Shown piece after piece: positions 44,325 through 55,693 of a stretch of DNA of 64,000 bases. Under the pieces are notes generated by a model. That model had not been told where the DNA came from, did not search any database, and was given only the letters and a program-made list of their open reading frames with translations. The stretch comes from Thecamonas trahens ATCC 50062. Lineage: Eukaryota > Protista > Apusomonadida. Numbering within the stretch: the stretch's first letter is position 1; each line of letters begins with the position of its first letter. Location of the stretch: the NCBI RefSeq assembly GCF_000142905.1, contig NW_013657625.1, positions 159,690 through 223,689 on the forward strand, given 5' to 3'. A program made the position numbers and the translations under genes.

Positions 44325-44757
44325 TCTACGACTTGCTTAGTCTTGTCAAAGAGTGTGGTGTAGCCATCTTCATCACTGTCCGGCTCCTATCCCGCTAGCC
44401 GCAGAACAAGGTTCCCTTTTTTTCGTCAGGCGTTGGAGAACATTTTGATTCGATATTTTTTTGGGACGGCAACCTCTTTCTTCTTGTTCTTCTACAAACA
44501 GCTCTTGGCTGTGTGTTTAGGTGTCGCAAGGCAGATGACTAGTGGAGATCATGACTGTGGTTGGGTATCTAGAGGGCGTGACCCAATAATGGGTGTGGGG
44601 GGCTCCAGCAGGGGTGGGCAGTAGCCGCAACTGCAGTCTGCCACAGAGCGGCATTGTGCGGGATAGCGGCGCAGAGCGGAGAGAATGATGCTCGAAAGGG
44701 CCAGTCCAGCTGCAGGCGACATTAATCCATCGCTGCGTCTCTCACGGCAGACATGCT

Positions 44758-47511
44758 TTACTCAATGACCGCTGGCTTGAATCGTCGGAGCCAAAGCGAG
44801 GAGACAACGACCGAGACCGAGGAGAGGGCCATAGCGGCGCCGGCTACAGCCGGCGGCAAGGTGACGCGGACGAGCGGATAGAAGAGGCCGGCGGCGATGG
44901 GGATGCCGACGCAGTTGTAGACAAATGCCCAGAAGAAGTTGTGGCGGATGCGCGCGTAGGTGACGCGGGCGAGCTCGAGGGCGGTGACAACGTCGCGAAG
45001 ATCCGACTTCATCAGCACCATATCGGCCGACTCGATGGCGACGTCGGTGCCGGCGCCGATGGCGATGCCCAAATCAGCCTTGGTTAGTGCCGGTGCGTCG
45101 TTGATGCCGTCGCCCACCATGGCCACCCGCAGGCCGCGATTCTGGAGCTCACTCACCTTTGCAGACTTGTCGGCCGGAAGCACCTGCGCAAAGACGCGGT
45201 CGGGCGCAATGCCGAGATCGCGGGCGATGGCCAGCGCCGTCCGCTCGTTGTCGCCGGTCACCATCCACACCAGGATGCCCGAGGCCTCGAGGTGCTCGAT
45301 GACCGGCCGCGCAACGTTGCGCACAGTGTCGGCCACCGCCACCGCACCCGCGAGTACATGATCGACCGCCACGAACATCACCGTCTTGCCATCGCTCTCC
45401 ATATCCGCGGCAAAGACCTCGATGGGCTGAGGCATCTCAACCGAGTTTTCTCGCATCCACTTGCGGTTACCGATGGCGACATGGAAAGCTTTCTCGTCCG
45501 TCGGCGCTGTGAGCATGACCTCAAGTCCGCGGCCGGTTGCGGCCTCAAAGCCTGCCGTGGCAAAGGCACCCGGCTCCGCACCGGCGGTACTCGCTGCGTG
45601 CGCCACCATCGCCCGCGCAAGCGGATGCTCCGACAGCGCTTCTGCAGCGCCGACGATCGACCAGAAGAGCTGGTCATTGGCGTTGTCACTCGCCTGCGCA
45701 CTCTCGGGCGACCACTCGGTGTGAGGCAGGATCGATACCGCGGTGACGACCGGCTTGCCGTGGGTCAGCGTCCCAGTCTTGTCAAAGAGCACGGCATCGA
45801 TGGTGTGAGCAGCCTCAAGCGCGGTCCCACCCTTGATGAGGACGCCGTACGAGGCGCCAACGCCGGTGCCAACCATGATGGCGGTCGGTGTGGCAAGGCC
45901 AAGCGCGCACGGACAGGCAATGACGAGGACGGCGATGCCAAAGAGGAGCGCAAAGAGAAAGTTGGATCGGTTGGACGGGACCCATGAGGCTGGGATGAGA
46001 CCCGAGTAGAGGAGAACGATCCAGACGATAAAGGTGACAATGGCAATGACAATGACAACTGGCACAAAGTACGACGAGACCTTGTCAGCAAAGGCCTGGA
46101 TGGCCGGCTTGGACGTCTGGGCGTTGTGGACTAGCTGCACAATCCGGGCGAGGGTGGTGTCCGCGCCGACGCGGATGACCTCGATCCGAACGCTGCCAGT
46201 CTGGTTGATGGTCCCGCCAATGACCTCGTCGCCGGGCGCCTTGCTCACTGGTAGCGCCTCACCGGTGACCATCGACTCGTCGATGGCGGTCTCGCCGTCG
46301 ACAACAAGACCGTCGAGCGGAACGTTGGTACCTGGCAGCACCTTGAGCACATCGCCGACTTCGATGAGCGCCACATCGACTTCGGTTGCTTCGCCATCGG
46401 CACCCACAAGCAGGGCGGTGTTGGGCTGGAGCGAGAGCAGTGACTCGATGGCAGCAGAGGTCCGGCCCTTGGCCAGGGTCTCGAGGTACTTGCCGCCGAT
46501 GATAAAGGTGATGAGCAGGGCGGCGGTCTCATAGAAGAGCCCATCGGGCTTAGTTCCGGCGATCCAGCCCTCGATGACGACAAACAGCGAGTAAAAGTAT
46601 GCTGTTGTTGTGCCCATGGCAACCAGCACGTCCATGTTGGCCGACTTGTTGCGTAGAGCATGGTAGGCGCCGACGTAGAACTTGCGGCCGACCACAAACT
46701 GAACAGGAGTGGTGAGAACGGTGAGGAGAAAGCCCTCCCAGGTGACTCCCTCAACCACTTCCTTCATCAGAACACGATGCAAGCTGGGGATGAACATGAA
46801 GACCATCGAGATGAGGAAGATGGGCAGGCTGAGGACAAAGGAGATCCAGAACAGTCGCCGCCAGCGGGCCAGCTCGCGCGCGCGCGCCTCCGCCATCGAT
46901 CCGTCACGCACGTCGCCCGAAGCCAGCGACGCAGTGTAGCCAAGCTCCTCCACCGTGGCAAGTAGTGCCCGCGCTCCAACCTTGGTCTCATCAAACTCGA
47001 TCTGGGCCTGGCCCGACATGAGGTTGACGACAGCCGCCGTCACTCCGTCCACCGCCAGCAGCGCTCGCTCAACTGCGGCCACGCACGACGAGCACGTCAT
47101 GCCCTCGATGACGATGCCAATCGAGCCTGCGCTTCTTTTGCCGCGGATGACAACATCGAAGCCGAGGCCCTCGATGACCTCGGCGGCTGTCGCAGGAGCC
47201 AGGCTCGTGGCCGCCACGACGGTCGCTTCGCCGCCGAGCAAGTTGACAGACACGCTGACAACGCCTGGCAGCTTTTTGACGGCCGACTCGACCGAAAGGA
47301 CGCACGAGGCACAGGTCATACCGATCACCTCATACCGACTCTCCACCGTCTTGATCCCACTCTCCCGCTCCTCGGAGGTCATCATCTTCTCCGACGTTTC
47401 CGCGGCGAGATCGTCTGCAACTCCGTCATGGTGCTGATCATCATCGAAATCAAGGCTCTCACTTGAGCAATAGTAGTACTCTGAGGAGTAGCTTGCCACA
47501 GACAATGACAT
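44758..47511 (-). CDS. ATP7: Copper-transporting P1B-type ATPase (ATP7/CCC2/HMA5 family)
   Basis: Two HMA domains (GMTCASC, GMTCSSC), TGE, CPC, DKTGT, SEHPL, TGDN, GDGINDAP, YN, MALSS. Confidence 0.97.
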   Translation of the reverse strand: MSLSVASYSSEYYYCSSESLDFDDDQHHDGVADDLAAETSEKMMTSEERESGIKTVESRYEVIGMTCASCVLSVESAVKKLPGVVSVSVNLLGGEATVVAATSLAPATAAEVIEGLGFDVVIRGKRSAGSIGIVIEGMTCSSCVAAVERALLAVDGVTAAVVNLMSGQAQIEFDETKVGARALLATVEELGYTASLASGDVRDGSMAEARARELARWRRLFWISFVLSLPIFLISMVFMFIPSLHRVLMKEVVEGVTWEGFLLTVLTTPVQFVVGRKFYVGAYHALRNKSANMDVLVAMGTTTAYFYSLFVVIEGWIAGTKPDGLFYETAALLITFIIGGKYLETLAKGRTSAAIESLLSLQPNTALLVGADGEATEVDVALIEVGDVLKVLPGTNVPLDGLVVDGETAIDESMVTGEALPVSKAPGDEVIGGTINQTGSVRIEVIRVGADTTLARIVQLVHNAQTSKPAIQAFADKVSSYFVPVVIVIAIVTFIVWIVLLYSGLIPASWVPSNRSNFLFALLFGIAVLVIACPCALGLATPTAIMVGTGVGASYGVLIKGGTALEAAHTIDAVLFDKTGTLTHGKPVVTAVSILPHTEWSPESAQASDNANDQLFWSIVGAAEALSEHPLARAMVAHAASTAGAEPGAFATAGFEAATGRGLEVMLTAPTDEKAFHVAIGNRKWMRENSVEMPQPIEVFAADMESDGKTVMFVAVDHVLAGAVAVADTVRNVARPVIEHLEASGILVWMVTGDNERTALAIARDLGIAPDRVFAQVLPADKSAKVSELQNRGLRVAMVGDGINDAPALTKADLGIAIGAGTDVAIESADMVLMKSDLRDVVTALELARVTYARIRHNFFWAFVYNCVGIPIAAGLFYPLVRVTLPPAVAGAAMALSSVSVVVSSLWLRRFKPAVIE

Positions 47512-47822
47512 ATGTGCTCTTTGTCTGTGTGAGTGTGGCGTGTGTGTGGTGACTGTGGCGAGGAAAAAAGACGTCGGAAGTCATTCACATCACAACTGCT
47601 CCACAACTGCTCCGCTTGCTCCGCATGGTGCTCCACTTTGGGCTCCACGAACCACAATCGCAACCCCACATGAATGATCATCATTGTCCACCTCTGATCT
47701 GTGCTCTACCCTCCCTTCCTTTGCTCATACCGTTCCTTGCGCCGTGTGCCTGAAGATCGACTTGCGGCGATGCGTGCGCTGGAGAGGGGAGAGGGGAGCG
47801 GCGACAGAGAAGACGTCACGGC

Positions 47823-47931
47823 GGTCGCACCTGGTGGTCGCACCTGGTGGTCGCACATGATGGTGGTCGCACACGGTGGTTGCACACGGTGGTTGCACAC
47901 GGTGGTCGCACACGGTGGTCGCACTCGGTGG
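47823..47931. repeat. 13-bp tandem array (GGTGGTYGCACAC) between the divergent Cu-ATPase and LRR genes
   Basis: About 8 imperfect copies; two contain TGCACACGG (47881, 47894). Confidence 0.85.
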
Positions 47932-48479
47932 CCGGGTAGCCGAGATGACAACAGTCGCGATCTCCTCTCTCGACGGCACAACTGTTGCGATCGCGATCAT
48001 GTTGTCGATCACGGTCTCATGACCAGAGCCACGACAACGATCACAGCCACACGACTGACCTCACGGCTACAACCATTGCCACAATCCCATCCACAGCCCC
48101 CCCCTCCCCCCCCCCCCCCCCCCCCCGGTGACGACGACAATGTCTATCGATCACATCAGCATCATTGCCACGACCACGAGTACGATCATGATCATGATCA
48201 CGGTCACCGTTCTCACAACCTCATCCACAGCTCTGTAGCCAAGGCGCAATCCGGCTTGGCTGCGGCACGCGGTCAATCAACAAACGTTCAATTCGTCCAA
48301 TTCGCCGACATACGGGCGGCTGGACGACGAGGCTGTCGGGAAGAAGGTCAACCAGACGCTACACCTGACGCACATCCACCAAACTTGACTCTAGAGCACA
48401 TACAACAGTCTTATACACTGAACCTTATCCATAGTAGTAGACTCGTCTGCGTTCACGAGTTATAGCTCTTGGAGTAGTC

Positions 48480-48575
48480 ATGGCCACTCGGCCGGCCCGA
48501 GACGATTCAATTGTCCTCGACTCGTCGAGCTCATCGCGTTCATCGAGCCCATCGTCGTCATTGTCGTCGTCGTCG

Positions 48576-48610
<35 letters not shown>

Positions 48611-49784
48611 GTCAACGTCGGCATCATTGATATCATCACGCTCGTCTTTGTCATACAACTCGGCAGTCTCAGCTGTGGAGCGATCCGTCTCTGGTGGGCG
48701 CATCCGTGTTCAGGCAGCATCACGATCAGACTCAAACGATGATGGCGATGCTGATGATGGTGGTGGCAATGCTCACCAGGGACATTGGCATGGAGACCTG
48801 CCTCATGACACCAGCTTTCCGTCGCCGAGAGCAGTGCCCATTCGACAGGCTGAATCGGCAAGTGGCCTCCGCCCTGCACTGCGGGTTAGCTCGATGGACG
48901 CGAGTCGGCTCGCAGCCTCGCTCTCGGCCGACACACTCTCGAGCTCACCGCCGGCAACAAGAGTCATTCAGGCGCAGCGGATGGCGCGGATGGGCCGACG
49001 TCGGTCATCGGTCTCGTTTTCCGGGCCGCAGATCAAACCTGTTAAGCATGCCAGTGGCGAGCTCTCGCTCAGTCTCACTCACGCCAAGCTCAACATTGTG
49101 CCGCCGTCGGTGGTCGCCAACCCGGACCACGTCGCGGCACTGACCGAGCTGGACCTCTCCCACAACACCATCGCACAGCTGCCTGACAGCATCACTCGGC
49201 TGACGACTCTGGCCGCGCTGGATGTGTCAGCCAACAAGCTGACCACGCTGCCGGAGACCATGGCCGAGCTGAGCGCGTCGCTCACCCATCTCGACCTTTC
49301 GCAAAACCGCGGCTGTGGCAGCCTGCCAAGCGTCGTCGGCTCACTGAAGAGCCTCACGTCGCTCAGTGTGGCTGATATTGGCCTCACAGTCATCCCAGCT
49401 GCGCTTATCAGGCTCACCGGACTGACTCGCCTCGACCTCTCCCGCAACCGACTTGGCCGCCTTCCGCGGCAGATCGGCCGCCTCCGGGAGCTTGTCGAGC
49501 TCGACATCTCGCACAACATGCTTCGCTCTCTGCCGCCTGCGCTCGGCACGCTCGCCACCGACTACAACCTCCGCGAGTGTGCCATGGATGGCAATCCGTT
49601 TGATGATGTGCTGGAAGAGGTGCACGCCTCGCGCGGCTCTGCGGCGGTTCTGCTCGATTTAGCCGCGGCGGCGTCGCGCTCCATCGGCAGCGTGTCGACA
49701 GCCTCTGGTTCTGCACTCCCGCTGGTTGTTGCCGATGCCTATGCCGACGACTCGTCGTCGTCGTCGGCCGACGACGTGGTGTAG
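48480..49784 (+). CDS. Ser-rich N-terminus plus leucine-rich repeat protein
   Basis: Repeated LTELDLSHNTIAQLP-type LRRs, terminal MDGNPF cap. Confidence 0.88.
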
Positions 49785-49808
49785 CGCGACATTGGGCGAG
49801 GCCTTGGT

Positions 49809-52490
49809 TTACCCCCACCGGACCGAACCCTCGTTCATCACCGAACTCCTCTTGGACGAGTTGGTAAACGACTTGGCCTGCGACTTGTGGTGGCGCGCCG
49901 GCCGGTCAAGATCGCGGGCGTATGCCACCGGCAGGCCCGAAGCAGGCACAAGATCGTCCATTGGCGACCGTGCGTGAATCGAGTACCGGTCCGACGACTC
50001 GGAGCCGGGCTCGGTGGCCTGCCACTCGTCGTCATCATCGTCGTCGTCGTCGTCGTCGGTAGCGGTGGCACACACGCCACCAACTTCGACCGCCAGACCG
50101 TCAGCGGCATCGGCGTCAGTAGAGCTGGTGGTGGGAAAGACAGCGCCGAGAGACGAACCGCCGTCTCCGCCAGAGGCCATGCTTGAGGCCCGCGAGCGGG
50201 TGGCGAGCTCAGCAACGTCGTCCGAGTCGAGCGGCATGATGACACCGGCGACCGGCACAACTTGCGGAGTGACCGGCGACTCGCCGCCCTGTGGCGAGCT
50301 GACAGTAGTCACGTCCGGGTACGGGTCGCCGTCCGCGGCCTCAAACTCGTCGTCGTCAACAACCGTGTCGCCTTCGCCGGGCGGAGCGTGCTCGGCAATG
50401 GCAGCGGCGCGTGCCGAGAGGCGGGCGGCGCGAGTCCGCGACGGCGAGCGCGAGCGTGAGACAGCGCGAGTAAACCGGCTCGAGCCGAACTCTTCGATAT
50501 AGTATTCGTCCGCGTCACGGTAGCCGTAGCGCACACGGCCGTGGCTTTCCGACGCAGTGACGTCAGAGAGTGAGTTTCCGGTCGCGCCCGACTTGGCCAG
50601 CATCCGGGCCCGACGGGTCGGTGTCGGCTCGCCCAGCAGCGGCACACCGCCGTCAGTGGCGGCCATGCTCTCGTTGTGGACGTTCGACTCACCCGTGCGC
50701 GAGCTGTTGGCGAGGTCGTTGGACGCCAGCTCACCGGCAGAGACGCTGGCGGCGGGCACAAACGCGGCGACTCCGCCCATGGTCCGCGACGGCGGCAGAT
50801 TGTCTGACGCCGCCACACCTGACGAGTCGGAGCCCGTCGGCGACCGGTACCCATCCGAGTACGACAGCGCGTGAGCGTGCGACCGCTCCGAGCTTGTCCC
50901 GTAGCGGTAAGCGTCGATCGACGAGCCCGGCCGTTCGGGCTCGCGATCAAACTCGTCGTCCTCGACGCCATCGTCGTCGTCGCCCGAGGCGAGACTGGCG
51001 GCAGCGGCGGCGGCAGTGGAAGCAACTGTGGCTACCTCGCCGTCGTCGCCGGCAAGGCCGGCCAAGACCAGGCGGCGGCGGCGGCGCGGCGACTCGAGTG
51101 ACGAGACAACCATGGCGCCGACAACGTCTTCGGATTCGGCGTGGACCCGCAGGTCAGGCCCGTCGACAGCCAGGAACGTCGACGCCGAGGTCGGCTCCAA
51201 CGCCGCGAGGTCGGTGGCGTGGACGAGGACGTGGTGCTGCAGCTGCTCGAGGCTATCAAACTGCTGGGCGCACTCGGGAAACGAGCATACAAGCTCAACG
51301 TCGCCGCCGGGCGCAGTCGGCTGGACGGTCTCGTGGTGGAGGAGGCCGACAATCGACTGCTTGGAGATGGAGCGGACGAGCGGAGCGCCGGACCCGTCGC
51401 CGACGCCACTCTTGCCGCTCGCTAGCGGTACGCTTGTAGGCGGAAAGGCGGTTGTCTGCAAGCCGGACGACGTTGTCGACGTCTTGAGCGGCGAGGCCGG
51501 GCCTGACTCGAGCGACGAGGCGGCGCCGGACGACGCGCCGGCGCCGAGAACGGTCCGGGTGTTGTAGTCTTCGCTCTCGGAGCGGTCGACGAGCGAGTGC
51601 AGCCGCTCGGCAACCTGCTCGAGGCTTGTAGTGACGGTCGCCTCACCCGGCGACAGCGAGCGTTCCTTGACCCGCAGCTGGAGGCCCTGATGCGGGGCAC
51701 GCGGCGTCGAGGTGCCCGAGCTACGCCCGTGGGCGTCGACGTGTTCGGCGCCGGGCGTGCCCTCGGCGCCGTCGAGCATCATCAGCTCGCGGCAGGCCGA
51801 GGCAACAGCGACCAGCTCGCGGAGGTCTGTGCGGTAGAACGGCTGAACCTCCAGAATGTGCTTCTTGAACGGAAGGGCGGTGACCGCGCCGGTCGCCTTG
51901 TCGTGCTTCCGCATGGCTCGCATCACCGCTGACGCGTTGAGAGGGACAAACGAGACAAAGTGAGCCGCGGCGTCGAGTAGCCGCACCCGCACCATCCACG
52001 CCGGCGAGCCTGTTGTTGGCGGCACAGACTCGGAGTGCAGCTCAGAGTACAGATCCTGCAGCTGCGCAAAGAGCTCCTCCTTGGTGGCGACAACAAACTG
52101 GTTGAGGCTCTCCAGCGTGGCCGTGACCGCTGAGAAGAATGCCTCCTTCCGTCCGTCGTCGGCACCGTCGCCAGACTGCGGCGGCGAGGACAGGTCGGCT
52201 GTCAGCAGGTGCGAGCGCGGCGGCGAGCGCGCGGTGTCTTTGTCTTCCTGACCATTGCCATGATCAGCAGTAATCTCGCTGCCAAACATACGCGCGGAGC
52301 TTGTGCGGTGACTAGACTCGCCAACATCAGGCGTACGGGCAGTATCAGGCGTTCCCGACGTCGGCGTACCACCCGGGGTCAGCCCCGAAGCAGCCCGAAC
52401 AGTCGCCAGCGACTTGAGCTTGTCATAAGGAACGTAGTGTGCAGCCCAAGGCGGGTACTGCGCAGCCACAAAGTCTTTGCCAAAGCCCAT
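49809..52490 (-). CDS. SPX-domain protein with a central C2H2 zinc finger and disordered tail
   Basis: MGFGK...PPWAAHYVPYDKLK...FF...LNQFV...FVPLNASAVMRAMRKHDK...QPFY (SPX); CSFPECAQQFDSLEQLQHHVLVH (C2H2). Confidence 0.8.
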   Translation of the reverse strand: MGFGKDFVAAQYPPWAAHYVPYDKLKSLATVRAASGLTPGGTPTSGTPDTARTPDVGESSHRTSSARMFGSEITADHGNGQEDKDTARSPPRSHLLTADLSSPPQSGDGADDGRKEAFFSAVTATLESLNQFVVATKEELFAQLQDLYSELHSESVPPTTGSPAWMVRVRLLDAAAHFVSFVPLNASAVMRAMRKHDKATGAVTALPFKKHILEVQPFYRTDLRELVAVASACRELMMLDGAEGTPGAEHVDAHGRSSGTSTPRAPHQGLQLRVKERSLSPGEATVTTSLEQVAERLHSLVDRSESEDYNTRTVLGAGASSGAASSLESGPASPLKTSTTSSGLQTTAFPPTSVPLASGKSGVGDGSGAPLVRSISKQSIVGLLHHETVQPTAPGGDVELVCSFPECAQQFDSLEQLQHHVLVHATDLAALEPTSASTFLAVDGPDLRVHAESEDVVGAMVVSSLESPRRRRRLVLAGLAGDDGEVATVASTAAAAAASLASGDDDDGVEDDEFDREPERPGSSIDAYRYGTSSERSHAHALSYSDGYRSPTGSDSSGVAASDNLPPSRTMGGVAAFVPAASVSAGELASNDLANSSRTGESNVHNESMAATDGGVPLLGEPTPTRRARMLAKSGATGNSLSDVTASESHGRVRYGYRDADEYYIEEFGSSRFTRAVSRSRSPSRTRAARLSARAAAIAEHAPPGEGDTVVDDDEFEAADGDPYPDVTTVSSPQGGESPVTPQVVPVAGVIMPLDSDDVAELATRSRASSMASGGDGGSSLGAVFPTTSSTDADAADGLAVEVGGVCATATDDDDDDDDDDEWQATEPGSESSDRYSIHARSPMDDLVPASGLPVAYARDLDRPARHHKSQAKSFTNSSKRSSVMNEGSVRWG

Positions 52491-53358
52491 CTTCACCACC
52501 AGCAGTTAGCGAGCAGTACAGGCAATCAAGAGCAGGTGTGAGATGAATCGATCGCTCAAGCGTGAGAGATCTCAAGCGAGTTGGCTCGATGGCGATGAGA
52601 GGTCGATGACGAGTCCAAGATCCACAAGCTCTCCACCGGAAAAAAAAAGAAGAGCTTTGACAGAGATCGAACGCTTGTCCAAATAGATCGGTACTCTCAG
52701 CGATGAGCAGGTCGACGATGTTCGTCTGTGCCGGCAACGATCAGGTTGCGTGGCCGACCAGCAGCAGAACAGAGAGAGGAGAGAGAGTGGGAAAAGCGCT
52801 TCAGTCGCACCCTTCCCAACTCTGCGCGAGGAGAGGTGGACCAGGGGTAGACGACGAGAAGGCAAGGACCAATTCCTTGTGCAGGCCTTGCAGCAGCAGA
52901 GGCGTCAGAAAAAGGTCGCAAGGAAGCGTCGTCCCAGACACACCAAGTGGTTGTTGATCAAAGTGGTTGATCAAAGTGGCGACCGGGGCGGGGCGGGGCG
53001 AGGGAGGAATGGGCCGAGGGAGAAGAGCGCTGGTGAAGGGGATAGTTGGGGCAAGGGCTTGAGCTTGTGCTAGACACTGATGTCTTGTACAGGCTCTCTA
53101 CTTGCTTCACTTTCCCCTTCCAAATGCTCAGACTTTGGCCCCACTCCCTGTGCAGGCGAGTCTTGCCCCCTTTCTCGCCGCACACCTCGTCCGGCCCGCG
53201 ACACGCGTCACTGCCGCACCTCGGCTGCCACCGCCTTGTGGCCACGCCGCGGCTGACTCGGTCACCACTATTTTTTTCATTGGCCAATCGATGAAAATGC
53301 TGCTCATGGTCGACCTAGCAAGGACATAGCTAGGAGAGAAGGAGGCGAGATGGCAGAG

Positions 53359-53389
<31 letters not shown>

Positions 53390-53548
53390 GAGGGAGGGGG
53401 AGGAGATTGGGATTGGGATCAGTCTTACTGATGACTGACATGATGATGCACCGCTGATTAAGCCGCAGTTGCCGCACGCAGTGCCGCGCCGCGTTGCTGC
53501 GTTGTCGCGTTGCTACGTGGCGAGGACGGCAAGCGATGGGAAGGCTGT

Positions 53549-55459
53549 TCAAGTGTGCGACGACTTGGATCTTCTCGAGGCGGCGATGAGCTGGGATCGG
53601 AGCTGCTTAAAGGCTGCGGTTCGCTTCTGGATCTCGACGAGAAACGTTGACTTGAGGGCTGACTTGAGCTCGGCAGCGGCAGCGAGGCGGGTGTGGAGCT
53701 GGGCGACTTCTTCGCGCGAGGCTTCGAGGGCAGCGGATGCGGCGTCGCGTTCAGAGATGGCGGCGTTGTACTTGTCCAGCAGAGTTGCGGCGCCGACAGC
53801 GCCCTGGCCGGCGATATCGCGGGCCGATTCGAGGGCGGCGCCTTCGCGGGCCTCGGCGACGGCCAGGCGGCTGGCGAGGTCGTCGTTCATGGCCTCCAGC
53901 TCGGCAATCTGGGCGAGGAGGAGGTGGAGCCGCGACTGGAGCTCGGCGTTTGCGGTGCGGGAGCGTTCAAGCTGGCGAGTGAGGCCGCTCTCGCGGGCGT
54001 CGGCGACAGCGGCCGAAGTTGCGGCGCGTGCGGCAGCGGCGGTTGCGGCGCGCTCTGCGGCGTCGCGATCGTCGGCGGCGGCCTGGAGCTGTGTAGCGGC
54101 ATCGTGCGCGTGCATGTCCATCTCATCAGCGAGAAGAGCGAGCTCGAGCGAGGCCTCGACCGAGGGCGAGGCTGAGCGGCGTGCGGCGGCGGTGGCGGCA
54201 GTGAGGTGATCGACGCGGTCGAGACCCTCGACGCGGGCGACGTACTGGCGGAGCTTGGCGCGCAGCTGGCGGACGCGCTTCTTCTCGCGGGCCTCGGCGG
54301 CGGAGACGCGGGCGAGCTCCTCGCGGAGAGAGTGCAGCTCGAGTGCGGCGCGGGCGTTGGAGCTCTGGACAACAGCCGAGTCGAACGATGCTGGGTCGAG
54401 CGGCTCGCCGTCGGGCCCGGCCCGCGAGGCAGCCTCCAAGTCGGCGTTGAGCTGGGTGAGGGCGTGCATGTGCTCGGTGAGGTGGGCGATATGGGCTTCG
54501 AGGCGGATCTTATCGTCGCGGAGGCTCTCAACCTCTGCGGCGAGCGCGGTGTTGGTGGCGTCGAGCTGGGCAAAGTGCTCGCCGTACTCGCGGTCGACCT
54601 CGATGACTTCGGCGGCGGCGCGCTCCAGCTCGGCCGATCGGTTCAGGTCGCGGTTCTCCAGCGCGAGCGCTGCGGTCTCTGCGCGGGCAAGCGACTCGGC
54701 CAGCTCGGTATTGCGCTTGGACGAGTGGGCGAGCTCGAGCTCGAGCGCATCGACCTTTTCTTCAAGGGCCGACTTTTCCCGGACAAGGAGCTCGAACCGC
54801 TCGCGCGGCGGCGGGACCTCCCACGAGTGCGACCGCTGCAGGCCGAGGCCATCGGTCTCTTCCGGCGCATCCGGCTCGGGCTGTTTGCTCTCCGCCGGCT
54901 CACCGTACTGGTACGACTCGGCCCACAGCCGCAGAGCGTGGAGCTCGTCCGAGGTCCGGGCCAGCTCAGCAGCGAGCGAGTCGCGCTCTGACGTGGTCCG
55001 GGCCAGATCGGCGGTGAGCGAGTGGAGCGACGCTGGTGATGCGGCCGTGGGCGATGCCGTCGCAGCCGGCGATGTGACCGTTGGGAGCGACGCCGGCGAG
55101 CGCTGCTTGAGAGCGTCAAGCTCGGCGACTGCGTCCTTGTACGCCCGCGAGAGGTCGACCTGGAACTGGAGAGCGTCGACGAGCTGAGCCTCTAGAGCCG
55201 CGTTTTTCTCGGCTAGCTCTGCCGCTTGGCGGCGAGCCTTTGCCAGCTCTGCTTGCTGGCTGTCAAACAAGACGAGCAAGTGCGACAAGTCCGAGCTCGC
55301 CACCTGAAGCTCCGCCGCCGACGCAGCGGTCACGGCCGAGGCATGCGAGACGTGCGAGGTGACCGAGTGCGGCGAGCTAGCTCTCGAGGCTATGGACACA
55401 CTTCCAGGCGACCGAGACGGTGACAAGTAGCTTGGTGTTCCCAACCTAGACTGTGACAT
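53549..55459 (-). CDS. Long coiled-coil protein
   Basis: ATG at 55459 (MSQSRLGTPS); about 630 aa Ala/Glu/Leu heptad-rich open frame. Confidence 0.7.
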   Translation of the reverse strand: MSQSRLGTPSYLSPSRSPGSVSIASRASSPHSVTSHVSHASAVTAASAAELQVASSDLSHLLVLFDSQQAELAKARRQAAELAEKNAALEAQLVDALQFQVDLSRAYKDAVAELDALKQRSPASLPTVTSPAATASPTAASPASLHSLTADLARTTSERDSLAAELARTSDELHALRLWAESYQYGEPAESKQPEPDAPEETDGLGLQRSHSWEVPPPRERFELLVREKSALEEKVDALELELAHSSKRNTELAESLARAETAALALENRDLNRSAELERAAAEVIEVDREYGEHFAQLDATNTALAAEVESLRDDKIRLEAHIAHLTEHMHALTQLNADLEAASRAGPDGEPLDPASFDSAVVQSSNARAALELHSLREELARVSAAEAREKKRVRQLRAKLRQYVARVEGLDRVDHLTAATAAARRSASPSVEASLELALLADEMDMHAHDAATQLQAAADDRDAAERAATAAAARAATSAAVADARESGLTRQLERSRTANAELQSRLHLLLAQIAELEAMNDDLASRLAVAEAREGAALESARDIAGQGAVGAATLLDKYNAAISERDAASAALEASREEVAQLHTRLAAAAELKSALKSTFLVEIQKRTAAFKQLRSQLIAASRRSKSSHT

Positions 55460-55633
55460 GCCTTTACTGGCCACGTCACGTTGGTCAGCGAGGTGTTGCG
55501 CGGTGTGGCTACTTGGTGTGGGCGCCAAAATCAAGTTGGGGACGTGTGATAATACCATTGCAAGTTTGGCAGCCTTTTCCTGCAGCAGAAGGCGAGCGGC
55601 GGCGGCGGGGCGGCATCGGGCGGGAGGCGGCGG

Positions 55634-55666
<33 letters not shown>

Positions 55667-55693
55667 GGGGGGGGGGCGACGAGAGGCGGCGAT

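Noticed and set aside
38041-47511. COX17 and Cu-ATPase as a copper gene cluster
   Set aside because: They are separated by four unrelated genes; proximity is plausibly chance.
47701-48465. His-rich ORF beside the Cu-ATPase as a metal-binding peptide (also HD repeats at 57499-57675)
   Set aside because: The His runs come from CAY/GAY simple repeats found in several non-coding regions, and the rest of the ORF is not protein-like.
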